Below, in pieces: positions 25,846 to 40,329 of a stretch of 64,000 nt of DNA. The stretch lies in assembly GCF_009914755.1 (NCBI RefSeq), contig NC_060933.1; one strand, written 5' to 3'. This DNA is from the human T2T-CHM13v2.0 reference genome, Homo sapiens. The notes under the pieces were generated by a model that saw nothing but the letters and a program-made list of their open reading frames with translations, made no database searches and had not been told where the DNA came from. The translations under genes were made by a program, and so were the position numbers. Position 1 is the first letter of the stretch; each line of letters begins with the position of its first letter.

Positions 25846-27357
25846 CTGTGAAAATAATGGGAAACAAGGCTATTTAAGCCCTTAAACTGTGCATCCACTT
25901 AAACTCAGCAACACTCCTAGAAAGGCACTGAAAACAAATTATTGTGAGTTTAAACCTTCTAGACTTCCTTAGACGCAGGATCAGCTTGGCTTGCATGTGC
26001 TGGGGAAGACAGCACTGGGGCAGACAGGAGGGAGGAGCTGTGCAACCACCCACCCACGAACAGAGGGGAAGGGCAGCCCAGCCCGTTACCTGGTGCTAGA
26101 GATGAGCCCCAGGACCCGACCAGGTGTACTTTCTTGCACAATAAGCCATTCCAGTTAGCAGAGTCTGTGAACCAAAAAAGTACTATCTAATTGTCTATTA
26201 GCTCCAGATATGTATCCTTTAAAATTCATCTTCATGAGGCAAAGAAGGAAAAAGCAGAAACACATATGGCATAATTACAAGCACTAAAGAGCTGTTCATC
26301 TTCCTTTATTTTTGGATGGCTGGTTTTCAGCCAAACAGAACGATGTCCACCGTGGTGTGGCAAGGTTCCATAGCATGGCTGTCACTCCTTTGCAGTGTGG
26401 GAGATCAGTCTCAAGACAGGGATCGTGGGGTGCAGTAGCAGCACCAACAATTAGATCAAGAGAATCAGAATCGCAAAACCAGAGCCACGTGCAGGACTGC
26501 AGACGCTCAGGAGCCGACGCTGATCCCTCCATGATTCTATTAACACAGGAGCCACGTAATTGTTAAACCTTGGAATCAGACTCCAGCATATTCTGTGGTG
26601 AGGAGGGTTTCTTTTTTGTTTGCCTTTTGCTTTCAGAGCTTATATGATCACGGCTCTTTTTTTGAAGCCAGCTGGGAAGGAGGCGGCTCTCCCTCCTCTA
26701 CAGGAGCCCCCGTCCCTCCCACCCAGGCCCCTCACTGGACGGCTCCCTCCTCTACAGACGCCCTGTACACCCCTCCCCAGGAAGCAGAACCTTAGACACG
26801 GCCATCCAGGCACACAACATCCGGTCCCCCCACCCCTCGGGGCCGACACATCCTCTGAACCCTGAGCAGGCACCTGAGGTTAGCAAATGAACCGCGAGGG
26901 CAGTGATCAGAAACGATCACGATTCATCAGGCCCCACCGTAGTGGAGCTTCCAGAGACTGATACTGGGGTCTTCCCTCCAGCAGTGGATGGCTCTTACGG
27001 CCAATTTTATAAGCAAAAGTAGGTTCACATGAGCAGCTATGAGAATCCTGGAAAAGGCCACATCCACCCAGGACCTGACACCGACATTTCCTGTTGAAAC
27101 TCCTGGGGCAGGGCTGAGCATTTGGGCACAACTGCTGGACAAGCAAAGAGGGAAAGTCCACGCTACTGTGGGCACCTGCAAAGTGCCACATCACTTGTTT
27201 CCACGAGGCCTTCCTGTCACACGGGAGGGAGAGGGGACAGTGGCCGCCCAGAGACTGTGCCAAAAAACAGTTGAAGGCAACAAAGGCAGAGATTCATACA
27301 TAAATAAGAGGCTTAGGTAAATAATGTGAATATCACGGATTTTAAAACTAAAAAACT

Positions 27358-27702
<345 letters not shown>

Positions 27703-28429
27703 TCACTTTAATAAAGACCCAGAACTGCTCATCCTGTGGTTTAAGACACTTATCATATTCACGGTAATTTTGTGGCATCCAACAACAAATGTCAGCAGGT
27801 CTGGGTTCTCATCTCAATTGCCTCCAACAACTCCACCTGAACACCAGCATCCTTGTGTCCTGCCTCCCAGCTGGGGGTTCATATCTAGCCTCCAAAAACA
27901 GCTGCCAGCCCCAAGGTTCCTGAGTGGGAACACACTTCCTTTCTTAGTGAATTGCCCAGGCCCCAACCCCGCGTTGCCTTCACCCTACACATACACGGTT
28001 TGTTTCTTCTTTCTCAGCGTGCAACCCCACAGTTATGAGTTACCTGGCTTAAAAATGCAAACCCACACTTCTCATGTAATTACTCATCGTGCTGTTTTAA
28101 CTCATATCTCCCAACTCCTGACAGCACAGGTAAAAAGAATCCAATGGCCTGTTCATCAAAAAGCAATGAAATTAATTAGGAGAGAGAAGCATTTCCCTCT
28201 CATGGCCTTCACATCCTCTCCTGGTGCACCCCCTCTAGTGCAGGAGAGTGTGGGGCTCCAACGCCCAGGCCTTGCGAACAGGTATTTAGTGGTCGCTGAT
28301 GGCAGAAGGACAGAGCCACTGGCAGCGCCTTCATCTGGCCTCCATCCTGCAGACATGACCTCGCCTTCTGGGGGTACTCCCTAAGCAGGGACCTGGTGTT
28401 CTTCAGCACACAGAGAAGACAAGTGGGAT

Positions 28430-28640
28430 GAAGCAAGAGCAAGGGGCTCTGCAATCAGAGGAACCTGGGTTCCAGTCCTGGCTTCTCCAAGTTGTGTGTT
28501 CCTGAGGGAAGTTACTGAGCCTCTCTGGGCCTCTGTTTCCTTATCCAAAAAGTGGGCATACTAATACTGCCTGTCTCATTTGGTTATGAGGATCCATGAC
28601 TAATCAGTTAATGCTTCCTAGTGCTTTCCTAGGTGCCCGA
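28430..28640 (+). mobile_element. MIR fragment
   Basis: CTGGGTTCCAGTCCTGGCT...AAGTTACTGAGCCTCTCTGGGCCTCTGTTTCCTTATC core. Confidence 0.65.
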
Positions 28641-29781
28641 TGCTGTTTAAGCACTGGGAGGCATTAACTATCATTCTTACCACCTGTGAAATGAAGCCAG
28701 TTATATCTGCCTAGCTAAGAAGACTCAGAGAGATATAACAAGCAGGGTGCAGCTATTAGCACATCTAACAACCCCTACTGCCAGGGACTGTGGGCTCCAC
28801 CAGCCTCCTCCTGCACACACGGGGGATCGGGGCTTCCCCAGGTCCACATAGACTCCTGGAAGCAGGGCTTAGGAACACTGTGACAGGCAGCACTGCTGTG
28901 GCTGTGGACGGGGAGAGGGCCGTGAGCCCCTTCTGCTCAATCTCCTCATCCTGGCCCAGAAGCAGGTAAGGAAGTTCCGGAGGCAGAGAGCAATGGGGGA
29001 CCTTCTGCTGAAATTGGCACTGCAGCACACACCTCGATGGGGTAGGCATGCATATTACAACACAATACCATTACACTCTGCTGAGCAGGGCACCCATGAG
29101 AAAGGCTGGCTACAAAGTACACAGACAGGGCCCGGAGGACATGTTTCCGCACCCTGCTGGGCAACACCTGCCAAGAAGCTACATCCAGAATCTCTGATCC
29201 AACAGTCCTCTACCAAGAATTCAGTATGGATATACCCCCTGTGTGCAATATGACTGGAACGAGGCTATTCAATAGGTAAACTCCAAAGACACCCAGAAGT
29301 CCACCAGTGTGTGTGCGTCTATGTGCATGGGTACACACAGATACAGCATAGAACGTTTTCTATACAAATTATTGCACATTCCAGAGGATGGAATACTATG
29401 CAACTGTTAAAAAGAATAAAGCTGCAATTGTATGAAAGGGCGCTGTTCAGTAAAAAGTAAGGTTCCCAAAAATGTGAGTAGTATGTTTCCGTCTGTGCAG
29501 GCACATGGTGTGTGACCGTGTGTGTGCGTGTGTGTGTGTGTGTGGGTGTGCACACAGGCTCATCAGAAGGATGATTCAAGAGATCACAATTTAATCAAGA
29601 ACCTGCTGGCAGCAATGCCTATAGAGAGAATTTGATCTGCAAAAGGAGTGTGCTTCATTTTTCATGATTTTGATTCTTTAGAACTATTCGAATTCCTTCC
29701 TTAATCATGTGGTTTTCTAACTAAAATATTTTAAATCTGATATCAAAAGTAAAATACAGTAATTGTAGAAAATTTGAAAAA

Positions 29782-30726
29782 TTCAAGAAAGGCAAGAGAA
29801 CACATTGCTGACGATCTCTAAAAAGGTTACACAGGTTATAACGCTGGGTAAAGTAAGATCCCAGCTCGGGTGTCTCCTGTACTAACTTTACTAAGAGGAA
29901 GATTTCATCAAAATGGAAATTTTTAAGAACAGCAGACAGACATGACATACAGTTCTGGTCTTTCTGGCATTTTGGTGAATTCCTCATTCTAAGAAACTCT
30001 GACTCATTCACTCAACAGTCACTACTGGAGGGTGTGGGGTGAAGGTGTGAGTCAGATATAGACTGTAGACCCCCAGCCCCTGCTTTCTGGCTTGGGGAGG
30101 GCAGGCCACAGCAACCGCACAGGACGGTTGGGGGGCCCTGCTGGCTCTGTAACATGGGAAGTGGGACAGGCAGGCTGGGAGCCATGCAAGAGGAGACCTG
30201 AAGTCCAAGAGAGAGGCTGGAGCCTACAGGCTGGTAGAGGAAGAGGGCCCGCGTGGGTCACGTCCAGGTCCTGTGTGTCCCTGCCCCGAGCACCATGCGT
30301 GCGCATCCCCGTGCCGTTTATTACGTGGTGCCCTCAGCAGCCTGTCACGGCTGTGCAATATTCCATAATTAAATATCATAATGTGGGACATTCCGATCCT
30401 TTCCAACTCTCCACTTACAATTCATTTTTCTTTAACCACCAGCAGTACCCGGCCAAGAATCTTTTCTGTCTGGAATGTTCACAGTGATGTTACAGAGGTC
30501 TAGGCACCACACAGAGGGCACTGGGAGATGGGCACGGGGGAGATTCCATGGTTCCATCATGTCTGTCTGCTGTTCTTGAAAATCTCCATTTTGATGAAAT
30601 CTCTTAATAAAGTTAGTACAGAAGACACAAGTGCTGGGATCTTTAGTAGTCGTTACAACCTGTATAACCATTTTAGAGACTGTCAGCAATGTGTCAGCAA
30701 TGTGTTCTTCTCTTGCCTTTCTTAAA
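29782..30726. repeat. Non-Alu inverted repeat: arms 29782-29945 and 30557-30726, ~610-bp spacer
   Basis: The reverse complement of arm 2 aligns to arm 1 over ~165 bp, e.g. TTTCATCAAAATGGA.ATTTT.AAGAACAGCAGACAGACATGA. Confidence 0.9.
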
Positions 30727-30913
30727 CAGAGGCTCAGGGCTTCTACTGATCAGGCTGACAGGTTTGCTTCCTTTAACTGGGAAATAATCACACATAACTT
30801 CCATGATTTATTTTCATTTGACTCTCTTCTAAAACTTTCAGTTAGTTGAGCTGAAGTCATTTTTGCAAAGTAATACTATATTTGCTATAAAATACAAGTC
30901 ACCTAGCTCAAAC

Positions 30914-31215
<302 letters not shown>

Positions 31216-31414
31216 AGCTCAAACATTTTTTATGCTTCTTTCAAGTCTATTAGAAACCTTAATTGCTTCTTAGTTTCTCCCCCAACTATGGAGGAAGCAT
31301 ATTGTGATAGCTGCAGTGCCGGCTGTGAGGCCAGCTTGCCTGGTTCAGATTCCCATGCTGCCACATCCCAGCTGTGTGACCCAGAACAGGCCTCTGCCCC
31401 TTCCTATCCCTCAG

Positions 31415-31890
31415 ATACTTCCTTAGCACCTCCCCTCCCTCTGCTACTCCCTCAGTACTTCACCTCCCCCGGCTATTACCTCAGCACCTCCCCTCCCTCA
31501 GCTACTCCCTCAGTGCCTCCCCTCCCTCCACTAATCCCTCAGCACCTCCCCTCCCTCAGCTACTCCCTCAGCACCTCCACTCCCTCAGCACCTCCCCTCC
31601 CTCAGCTATTCCCTCAGCACCTCCTCTCCCTCCACTACTCCCTCAGTACCTCCCTTCCCTCAGCTACTCCCTCAGCACCTCCACTCCCTCAGCACCTCCA
31701 CCCCCTCAGCTACTTCCTCAGCACCTCCCCTCCCTCCCTACTCCCTCAGTACCTCTCCTCCCTCAGCTACTCCCTCAGCACCTCCCCTTTCTCAGCTACT
31801 CCCTCAGTACTTCACCTTCCCCAGCTACTCCCTCAGCAACTCCCCTCCCTCCACTACTCCCTCAGCACCTCCTCCTCCCCACGGCTACTT
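31415..31890. repeat. Degenerate C-rich minisatellite, ~29-bp unit CCTCCCCTCCCTCAGCTACTCCCTCAGCA
   Basis: Repeated CCCTCAGC(T/A)AC(T/C) blocks over ~470 bp. Confidence 0.9.
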
Positions 31891-34800
31891 CCCTGGGAGA
31901 GGGTAAGACACAGCCCTACCACCAGAGATGAGACTGCACAAATGAGGACTGTAAGGCATGGACGTTAAACACAATGTTACAAACAACCAACAAAATGGCA
32001 CTATCCCCACAATGGCGGCCCACACCAAGGTGCGGAAAGGTCCAATCAGAATCCCACAGAAACGAGCAGTGCAGGGGCAAATAGGTTTTCCTAGATCAAC
32101 GTCAATCTCCATTAAACCATGATGGTTTACTCTGTGATTTATTCCTAAATTGAAGTTTCTTTCTAAAGCCCACGACCACAACATTAGCTTTTACTACTTA
32201 CCTCAGCTCAATGAGTCTGAAATGATGTAAATCCAAGATGCTTCCGTCCCGACTCCAAATTCCTTCGAGCTCTTTTTTTTCAGAACCTTGCACCCTTAAT
32301 TCCTGAGTGTCTCCTTTCTCTGACCAGGACCCTTCTCGAACCCTACTAATTGCCTTCCTCACTGTGTCCTGCCTGGCTTTGGTCTCCTGGGCACCCTCTT
32401 CCTGCCCTCCCCCACCTCTGCCCAATGTCCCCCACTTCCCTCACACCCACGGTTCATACCACCATCCCTCCTGTGAGGCCTCCACCTGGCTCCCGCTACC
32501 TGTAAGGGAATGACACCACATTCTAAGAGCTCCACCTTCTTACGGCCCCTGTGCCCCCGGCCTTCAGTCCCCCTACACACAGAGGGGACTTACAAGGCAT
32601 GCTTATTTCTTACAAGGCAGCTCGCATCACACTATTCTCTTGCTCCAAAGCCTCCTGTTTCTCTCCAGGGCTTGCAGAGGCAGGTCTCAGCCCCCAATCT
32701 AGTGTCCCCAAAGGAAGCCCTACAACTTGCTAGGTGTGCATTTTCCCCTCTTTCTGTGGAACACCAAGAATACACCACCTATCTAGACCCAGCCCCCCAG
32801 ATATTCTGATTTAGCAGCTCCCTAGTGAGGCCAGGGTCTGTCTGGTTTTAGAGCAGCCCATGTAACTGGCAGCCGGGACCGAGAACTGGCCTGCATCCAC
32901 CAGATTTCCTGCCTTGCCCAGTGTTACCCAGGCCTTGCCACCTCCCCTAGGTATGTCCTGAGTCCATCCTTGACACCCACCCACTGAAATCCTGGCTGTC
33001 CACTGTGGCTCAGCTCGAAGGCCAGGGCAACCTCAGACCTGCCCTCTGGGAACAGATGCCTCCCCTCAGCTGGTCTTCACTCATGGGGTCTCCTGGGGGA
33101 AAATGTAAGCAGGAAGAATAACTAACACCCGCCATAAGGCAAGGGTGAGGAAGTGACTGTTCTACTGGGTTCTGCAAGGGTCAGGCTGTGAGTCACCTGG
33201 AAGCAGCACGTGGCCCTGACATCTGGGAAGGGGCTGCTCACACCTCCCATGTTCATAGCTCCCTGGCAGGCTCCTCACTAACCCTCGTATCTGACATCTG
33301 ACTGAATCCCAGTGTTCAAGAGGCCTGGGCAAGGACAGCCTACAAGCCCGCTGCTTTGACATCAGGGGCAGGAGTCCTGAAAGCCTGACCCTGTGGCCCC
33401 ACTGGCTGTACATCCACCCCCTCCCCCAGTGTGCCCCACTGGAGACAGGTTTTACAGCACTGCTGGGAAGAGGAAAAACAGGCTCAGAAAAATGCAACAA
33501 CCGTCTAGAGCCACTGGGAGAGGTGAGATGCCCTCCCGGGTCCTGCAGTGACCCCAGGACCATGACTGGCACAGTGCTCTCCAGCTGTGCTGAGGCTCCA
33601 CCTGCCCTGAGCCAACAGCTTCCTCCTCCAGGGACACCAGGGCAGAGACAGGCCCTTCAGAAACAATGGCTCCTTCTCTTTGCCAACTGCCAGCAGTGAA
33701 GGCATCACAGAATCTGCCAGAACCATCCAGAACCCTGAACTGGTTCAGGACTACAGGCAGCCTGGGGAGATGCCCTGCACTCAGAGGCATCCCTAGTCCC
33801 CACCAAGTGTCCGCAGGGGGAGCGCATGCAGTTTCTCCAGGGGACTGGACCTCCTCCAGGCCGGGATCCTCCTCCCCTGCTGCCCTCAGACTCAGCCCAG
33901 CTGCAAAGGCGCCAGAGGCCTGCTCGTTCTGCCACGGTGCAGGCACGGCATGAGGGGATAGGCCCAGGAGCCTCAGGACAGGCCCCAGTCCAAGTGGGAA
34001 TTTCTTTTTTAAGTCTCAAAACCACAAAATGCCACTTTCCTTGCTTTCATCTTTAGTGATTCTTTAAATATATACACTACAATTACAAAGTTAGACCACC
34101 ATGACCACAGCTCGTAACCAGAATAGAGTCAACAGGGAACCTAGTCAACAGGAGGCTCTCCCTCACTATCCGGGCCTCCTCCCCAGGACATGGCTTTTGC
34201 CAGCCTTAGCAACAGCGTGGCAAACCCACCAGAGAACCACAAGCTCCAGCCAGAGCTCTGCGAAGGCCCCAGCTTTGCCTCACTCCAGGCGGGAAACAAA
34301 AGGATGTTCGCCATTTCATCATCTGGGGCTGTCAGTTCCCGTCTCAGTACTGACCTTAAATGCTGTCTTACCATCGTGCGCAGACACCAGGTGCACGCAG
34401 CCTCGACCTGATCTACCAGCCCCCAAAGCCCCTCAGAGGCCACAAGAACCTCCCTCAACCTCAGTATCAGAGGAAGCAACTTCAACTAAGCTCATAATTA
34501 TTTTAAGACTCTCCTACATCTTAACCATATTCAAACCAAACCAACTCACTTCCCATCAACAGTAGACCAAGTGGTCACTGTGGGCAGGTGACAAGCATCA
34601 CAGAAGTGCTAAAAATAGACAATGTGACAACCACAACACCCGGCTACGATGGTAAGGAGCAAACACTGCAGGCCACACCTGTGCCCTAGGTCTGTCCCCA
34701 GCGAGTTCCCCCTTTGCCACTAAGACAATTACTGCCCATATGGATGGCCAGAATTTCAATCAATTTCTATTTCCAAATCACCAAATGACCCTCTAGCTGA

Positions 34801-37800
34801 ATGTCACAAGCCCAGTATTGGGTCAGAGGTAGATACACTCTACTCTAATGAATTATAGTCAATCCCCACGTTCAACTCACTAAATCCATCCTCCCTTGCA
34901 GTGCAAGGGAAATGATATTTCTTCTCCTCTCTTCCAGATGCTTCCAGCCCAAGTAAGGCAGTCCCTCAATTCCCTTCCTGGGGAGTCAGAAGAGGGGGGC
35001 AGCCTAAAATGATACAGTCAGTCACTCAGGTCCATCCAACCCCAAATAGCCGTAGATGCCAGAAGAGGGTCAAGTGCATATGGACTAAGGAGGCGGTGTG
35101 ACCCTGGTGAGATGCCTGTATCAGAAAACCACAGCCCCTGCCTCCCTGAGACAGCCGGGGCCTGGGGAGTAACCCCTGCCGTCCTCTCAGTGTGAAAGGA
35201 GCCCAGGTAGGAATTCCCCACTGAAGGAGTCAAGCAAACCCCCAATATTTCAGGATTCACTCTGCAGCACCCAAATGGGAACAGATCTCACTCACGTTTC
35301 CCTGCACTGCTAAAAGGAACCTGGTCCTATTAACCTGGAACCCCCTCTCCACCCCCCGGTCAGCAGCACCTGCAAGTGGCATTTAGTGGGGCTGACTTCA
35401 AAGTGCCCAAGCCTACGGGGCTACGGCCCTGCAAAGTCCCATCCCGGTGTCTGTCCTTCCAGCAAGCAGCCAGCTCTACAGCATGTGGGGGTTCTCATTT
35501 TCCGAGCAGTGTGTCACCTTCCAGATGATTCAGAATGTGTGCGACGTGGCGGGTCACACGTGGGGAGGAGCTGGTGAGTCACTGTCACTCATTGCCCCCC
35601 ACACAGTCACCTTCCAGGTCTGAGAGCTCCAGGAGGGGGGCTACCTGGCCATTGTTCTGTCTCTCGTAGGGCCCAGGAAGGAGGTGTGTTTCCCCTAGGG
35701 ATGCACTCACCACTAGGGTGACCACCTGTGGAGGGCCCGCCTGGCCCTGAGGGGTGGACTCTGCCCTGTAGGCGTGGGTGGCTTAGGGCTGACCTGAGAC
35801 GCTGGCTCCAACACCCAGGCCCTTCTCACCTGCGTGTGTCACTGAGGGCCTGCTGCTGTCCGTCTGACCACCGCTGACCTGTCATGGAGGGATACGGCCC
35901 CCACACTGAACAATTCCCTGGGCAGGCTCTTCCCAACCATCTCAGTGGTCACAAGTTGAGGACCACCACTGGCCACCAGCTCCAGGCGGCCCCCACCATG
36001 GCCCATGCAGCTTCCTTCTGGGCCTCACATTCGATGCTGCCCAGCACTGCCCAAACACAGTCCCTGGCCCTGCAGGGGAACCTGAACTGGAAGGACGAGG
36101 GCAAGACCCATATGACCTGCCAAGAGCCCAGTGCCATGCCCCAGCCACCAGAGAGGGTGCCAGGCGGCAGCAGAGGGGAGGCACACATCCTCCATTGCAG
36201 CCAGCGTGGATCTCAGGGCTACAAATAGCCAGTCACAGGAACTCAGAACCACGAGGAACCGGCCCCTTCATCACAGGCAGGAGGAGAATGAGGCACAGGC
36301 ATGGAGCCTGCTCAAGGTCATGCAGCGCAGGCCAGCTCCCAGCCACTCTGCACACGGCCTGGCCCACTGTCTCCAAGACTGCTTTCTCCTGCACCAGGGC
36401 AATGGCCCCCGGCCCCACCTACAGGACCATGGTGCACACGGCCAACCCACCTCCAGGGGCAGGGTGACAGACATCCCCCAGAAGAGCAAAAAACCAGATC
36501 CCAGTATGGGCTGGCCATAGGGAAATACGCAAGAAAGCAGCCACTAGGTCCCCATCTCCACCTTGTCAGCAGCCAGCGCAAAGCTTCTCTAGGGCTCTGC
36601 CCCCTGGGTCCCTCAGGGCCCCTGGACCCTGCCAACCACACCACTGCAGGCTCCGCATGACTGCTCCAGAGGTCCAGAAGACAGACAGGATGGACCTAGG
36701 TCCCTGTGGGGGGGGTCTCCCCTTCCACGCTCACTCCTGGCCTTGGGTCACAGGCCCACTAAGCGGTTCGTCCAAGAGTGCGAAGAGTCAAGCACAGCCC
36801 CCAGCTCCTTCCCCAAATGCAGGTTACCCACGGGGCAGCCTGGGCATGGGCACTGGACAGAAGTGGCATGTAGCCTGGCTCTCCTAACCTCCCTGCCCAG
36901 TCAGCCCTCCCAGACCCACCACCAGGAGTTGTACCAGGCCGGCGGCCACCTCGGCTGACTCTGGATGCCAAGAAGCCTCTAATCCTAGCTTCACCCAAAG
37001 CAGACGACATCTAGGAGAGCATCGACATCCCCATCAGGGTGAGCGCCTTCTTGGGGCCAGGAGAGGGGGCTGTGAAGACAGTAATTCAGGTCACCCAGCA
37101 ACACTGTCACCATCCCTCTTTTGCAGCTAAGAAAGCAAGGCTTGGAAACTTCCGGAAGTCATATCAGTGTTGGGGGGTAGGGGGCAGTGTCTGACACTAC
37201 AGGCATGGAAAGCAAAGTTCCCCGCCCTGCATCAGAGACAAACTCAGGTGGGCCAAAGCAAGTTCCTGAGCACACCTGGGCTGAGCTGTGCTCATTCAAA
37301 TCGGTTTCTTAACAGAATCTCAAGTTCATCTCAAGCTTGGAGCCTGGTGAGCACTTCATGAAGAGCAGGTTCCTGGGTCCCAGCCGGGTGACAGTGGCCG
37401 AGGGACGTACCCGACCTCCAGAAGCCCGGGAAGCATGCTGTTCCAGAGAAGTGCACGCTGCTAACAGCCCATTCCAGAGCGCATGGTGCAATAATTTTTT
37501 GCTAGCTTTAAAAAGCAGCACAAGAAAGAAATTACGCGGTTTGCAAACTGAAGTCTACATGGTGGATGGAGTGGCCAGTTACGTGCTCAGAAGAATGCAG
37601 CTGTGGGTTTCTGTTTGGGGTCAAGCTTTGCCAAATAGTAGCACTCTGAAAATGCACATAACAAGAAAACCTCATTAAAAACTCTGTAACCCTAAAACCT
37701 GTATCAAAGCCTCCAAAGCTGCTGCTTAACCCTGACGGGCAGCTCTGTGGGTGGGAGCGGTCACAAGCCTGGCTGAGGAGGACGGGCCTCAGGCTGGGAT

Positions 37801-38401
37801 GGCAAGTCATGCCCAAAGCATCTGCAAATGACAGAAAGTTCTGGAAATATTTCACACAGGGAAGGGAATTACTGGACGGTCAGAACATACACCACAAAAT
37901 TTCAGAACTAGGAGGAAGTTTTCAGCAATACTCTCCCACTTGGGGCCAGAAACTCCAAGCATCTGTCCCTGCTCCCCAGCAGCCAAAGAGCAAACCCTCC
38001 AGACAGCTCCCCAACCACATACACACTGTGTCAAGGGGCCTGGACCCCACTTACTGGGTGAGTTAGATGCCCTCCAAGCTTCAGAGGGAGACAACTGACT
38101 GTGACTGCCTCTCTAGGGGTGGCTATTGTCCAGACGCAAAACCCACCCAGGGCAGGAGCCTGCAGAGGGGCAGCAGCCAGGCTCGGAGGACAAACAGCCA
38201 ACATCTTCCCAGGCAGGGAAGAGGACCAGCCACAGTTACTGGGGAGGGGGAAACTGGCCTCTGATGTCTACAGAGTCTAACAGGTGTATTTCCAAGGCCT
38301 CAGCAACCCCGCAAGCTCAGAGAGATGCCCTGCCCAGGGATGTTTATCTCCATGGTGCCTTATCAGTAAAAATCTGTCATCCAAATATGCACCATCAGAT
38401 G

Positions 38402-38733
<332 letters not shown>

Positions 38734-39210
38734 TTAACAATAATATTATAGCATGCTATGCCGGCAGTACAATCCACACAAGTCGATGTTTATTGACAAA
38801 TACAGATAAACATTCTATTAAATGCAAAGAGGAGAAGATAAAACAGCACTTAAGTGCAAGCTTACTCATGTAAAAAACCCAGTCATAAAAGGTCACACCC
38901 AGGGAATGGCCTGACTGGCACGTTCCAAGCTCACTCCCAGGCTGACTCCTAACCCTGGCGGCTCCTGCTCCTGCTCCTGCGGGTGAGCCACCCGGGGCAC
39001 ACCCAGGGCTGGCTAGAACACCACCTGCAAATGCAGGTAGAGCAACCTCCAGGAGGAGGGACACCAAAATGCCAGAACTAATTCTGGGAGGTGGAATTTT
39101 AGGGGCACTTTCAATGTCTTCTTTGAATTTTCCTGTATCTTCCAAATTTTTTTACTGGAGGCATTTTTCAGTATTGTTCTCCCAAACAAGAGCAGTTTCC
39201 CTAGATTCTC

Positions 39211-39503
39211 TTTTGTTTTTTGGAGACAGGGTCTCACCCTGTCACTAAGGCTGCAATGCAACGGTGCAATCATAGCTCACTGCAGCCTTGAGCTCCTGGG
39301 CTCAAGTGATCCTCCCACCTCAGCCTCCTGAGTAGCTAGGACTACAGGCGTGAGCCATCATGCTCAGCTATCTTTTTATTTTTTTGTAGAGATGGGGTCT
39401 TGCTATGTTGCCCAGGCTGGCCTTGAATTCCTAGGCTCAAGTGATCCTCCCACCTTGGCCTCCCAAAGCCCTGTGATTACAGGTGTGAGCCACTGTACCC
39501 AGC
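39211..39503 (-). mobile_element. Alu (AluJ-like)
   Basis: CTCCTGGGCTCAAGTGATCCTCCCACC; flanking AGATTCTC direct repeat. Confidence 0.9.
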
Positions 39504-40329
39504 AAGATTCTCTCTCTTGATGGTTTCACCTCAGCAAAAAAGAAGGTGGCCCTAAAGCCCCCAGAGCACATTCCCGCCTCCTCAAGGACACGTTCCCAGC
39601 CCCTCCCTTGGCCAGACTGGGATCCATACAGTCAAGGCCCCAATACGAGCTCTGGTTCATCTATGCTATCCTCATCTCTCTGTGTCCATACCTCAGTGTA
39701 CCTTCCCTTCTGTGCTGCTCTGCCATGACAAGCCCTGACCAGTCCATCTGTTCCCCCAGGAGAGGCATATTTACATGGCACAGGAGCCTGGTGGCCCAGC
39801 TGCACCCTCTGGGCCCACCCTTACCAGCTATGCAGCCCTGGAATGGCCACTCAACCCTCTGCCCCTTGGCTTCCATCCATAAGACAGAGTTGGCCACAAA
39901 AGGTACTTGGATTATTTATAACACTGCTTGGCACAATAAATGTTAACCACTAATATAAGTAGTATTATATAAGTGTACTACCACAGAATGGATTGGGTCA
40001 TTTTTACTAGATAGTGGAACTGTAACCCTGACTAAGCCTGGAGATCTGGGGACAGGACCCTGGGGAGTTGGGAGCTGAGATCTGAAAATTCAGGATGATC
40101 AGGGCGGCCACAGTAAGGTCCTAAAACTGCCTGAGGCTAGTGTGAGGGGCGCCCTCCAGCACTCTGTCGTAAGGGCAGCAATAAAACCACTGGCTGCATG
40201 GCTCTTCCTCCTCTGAGTGCCCTGCCTCTATCTCTGGTCACCAGTGCAGTGGGGCACACCCCGTGGGGATTTGCAGGCCCTCAATGATAAAAATAGATTT
40301 GGTGCTGCAGGCAAATGATACTTAATACC

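Noticed and set aside
31288-31968. 226-aa Pro/Ser/Leu-rich ORF
   Set aside because: Produced by the C-rich minisatellite and MIR sequence
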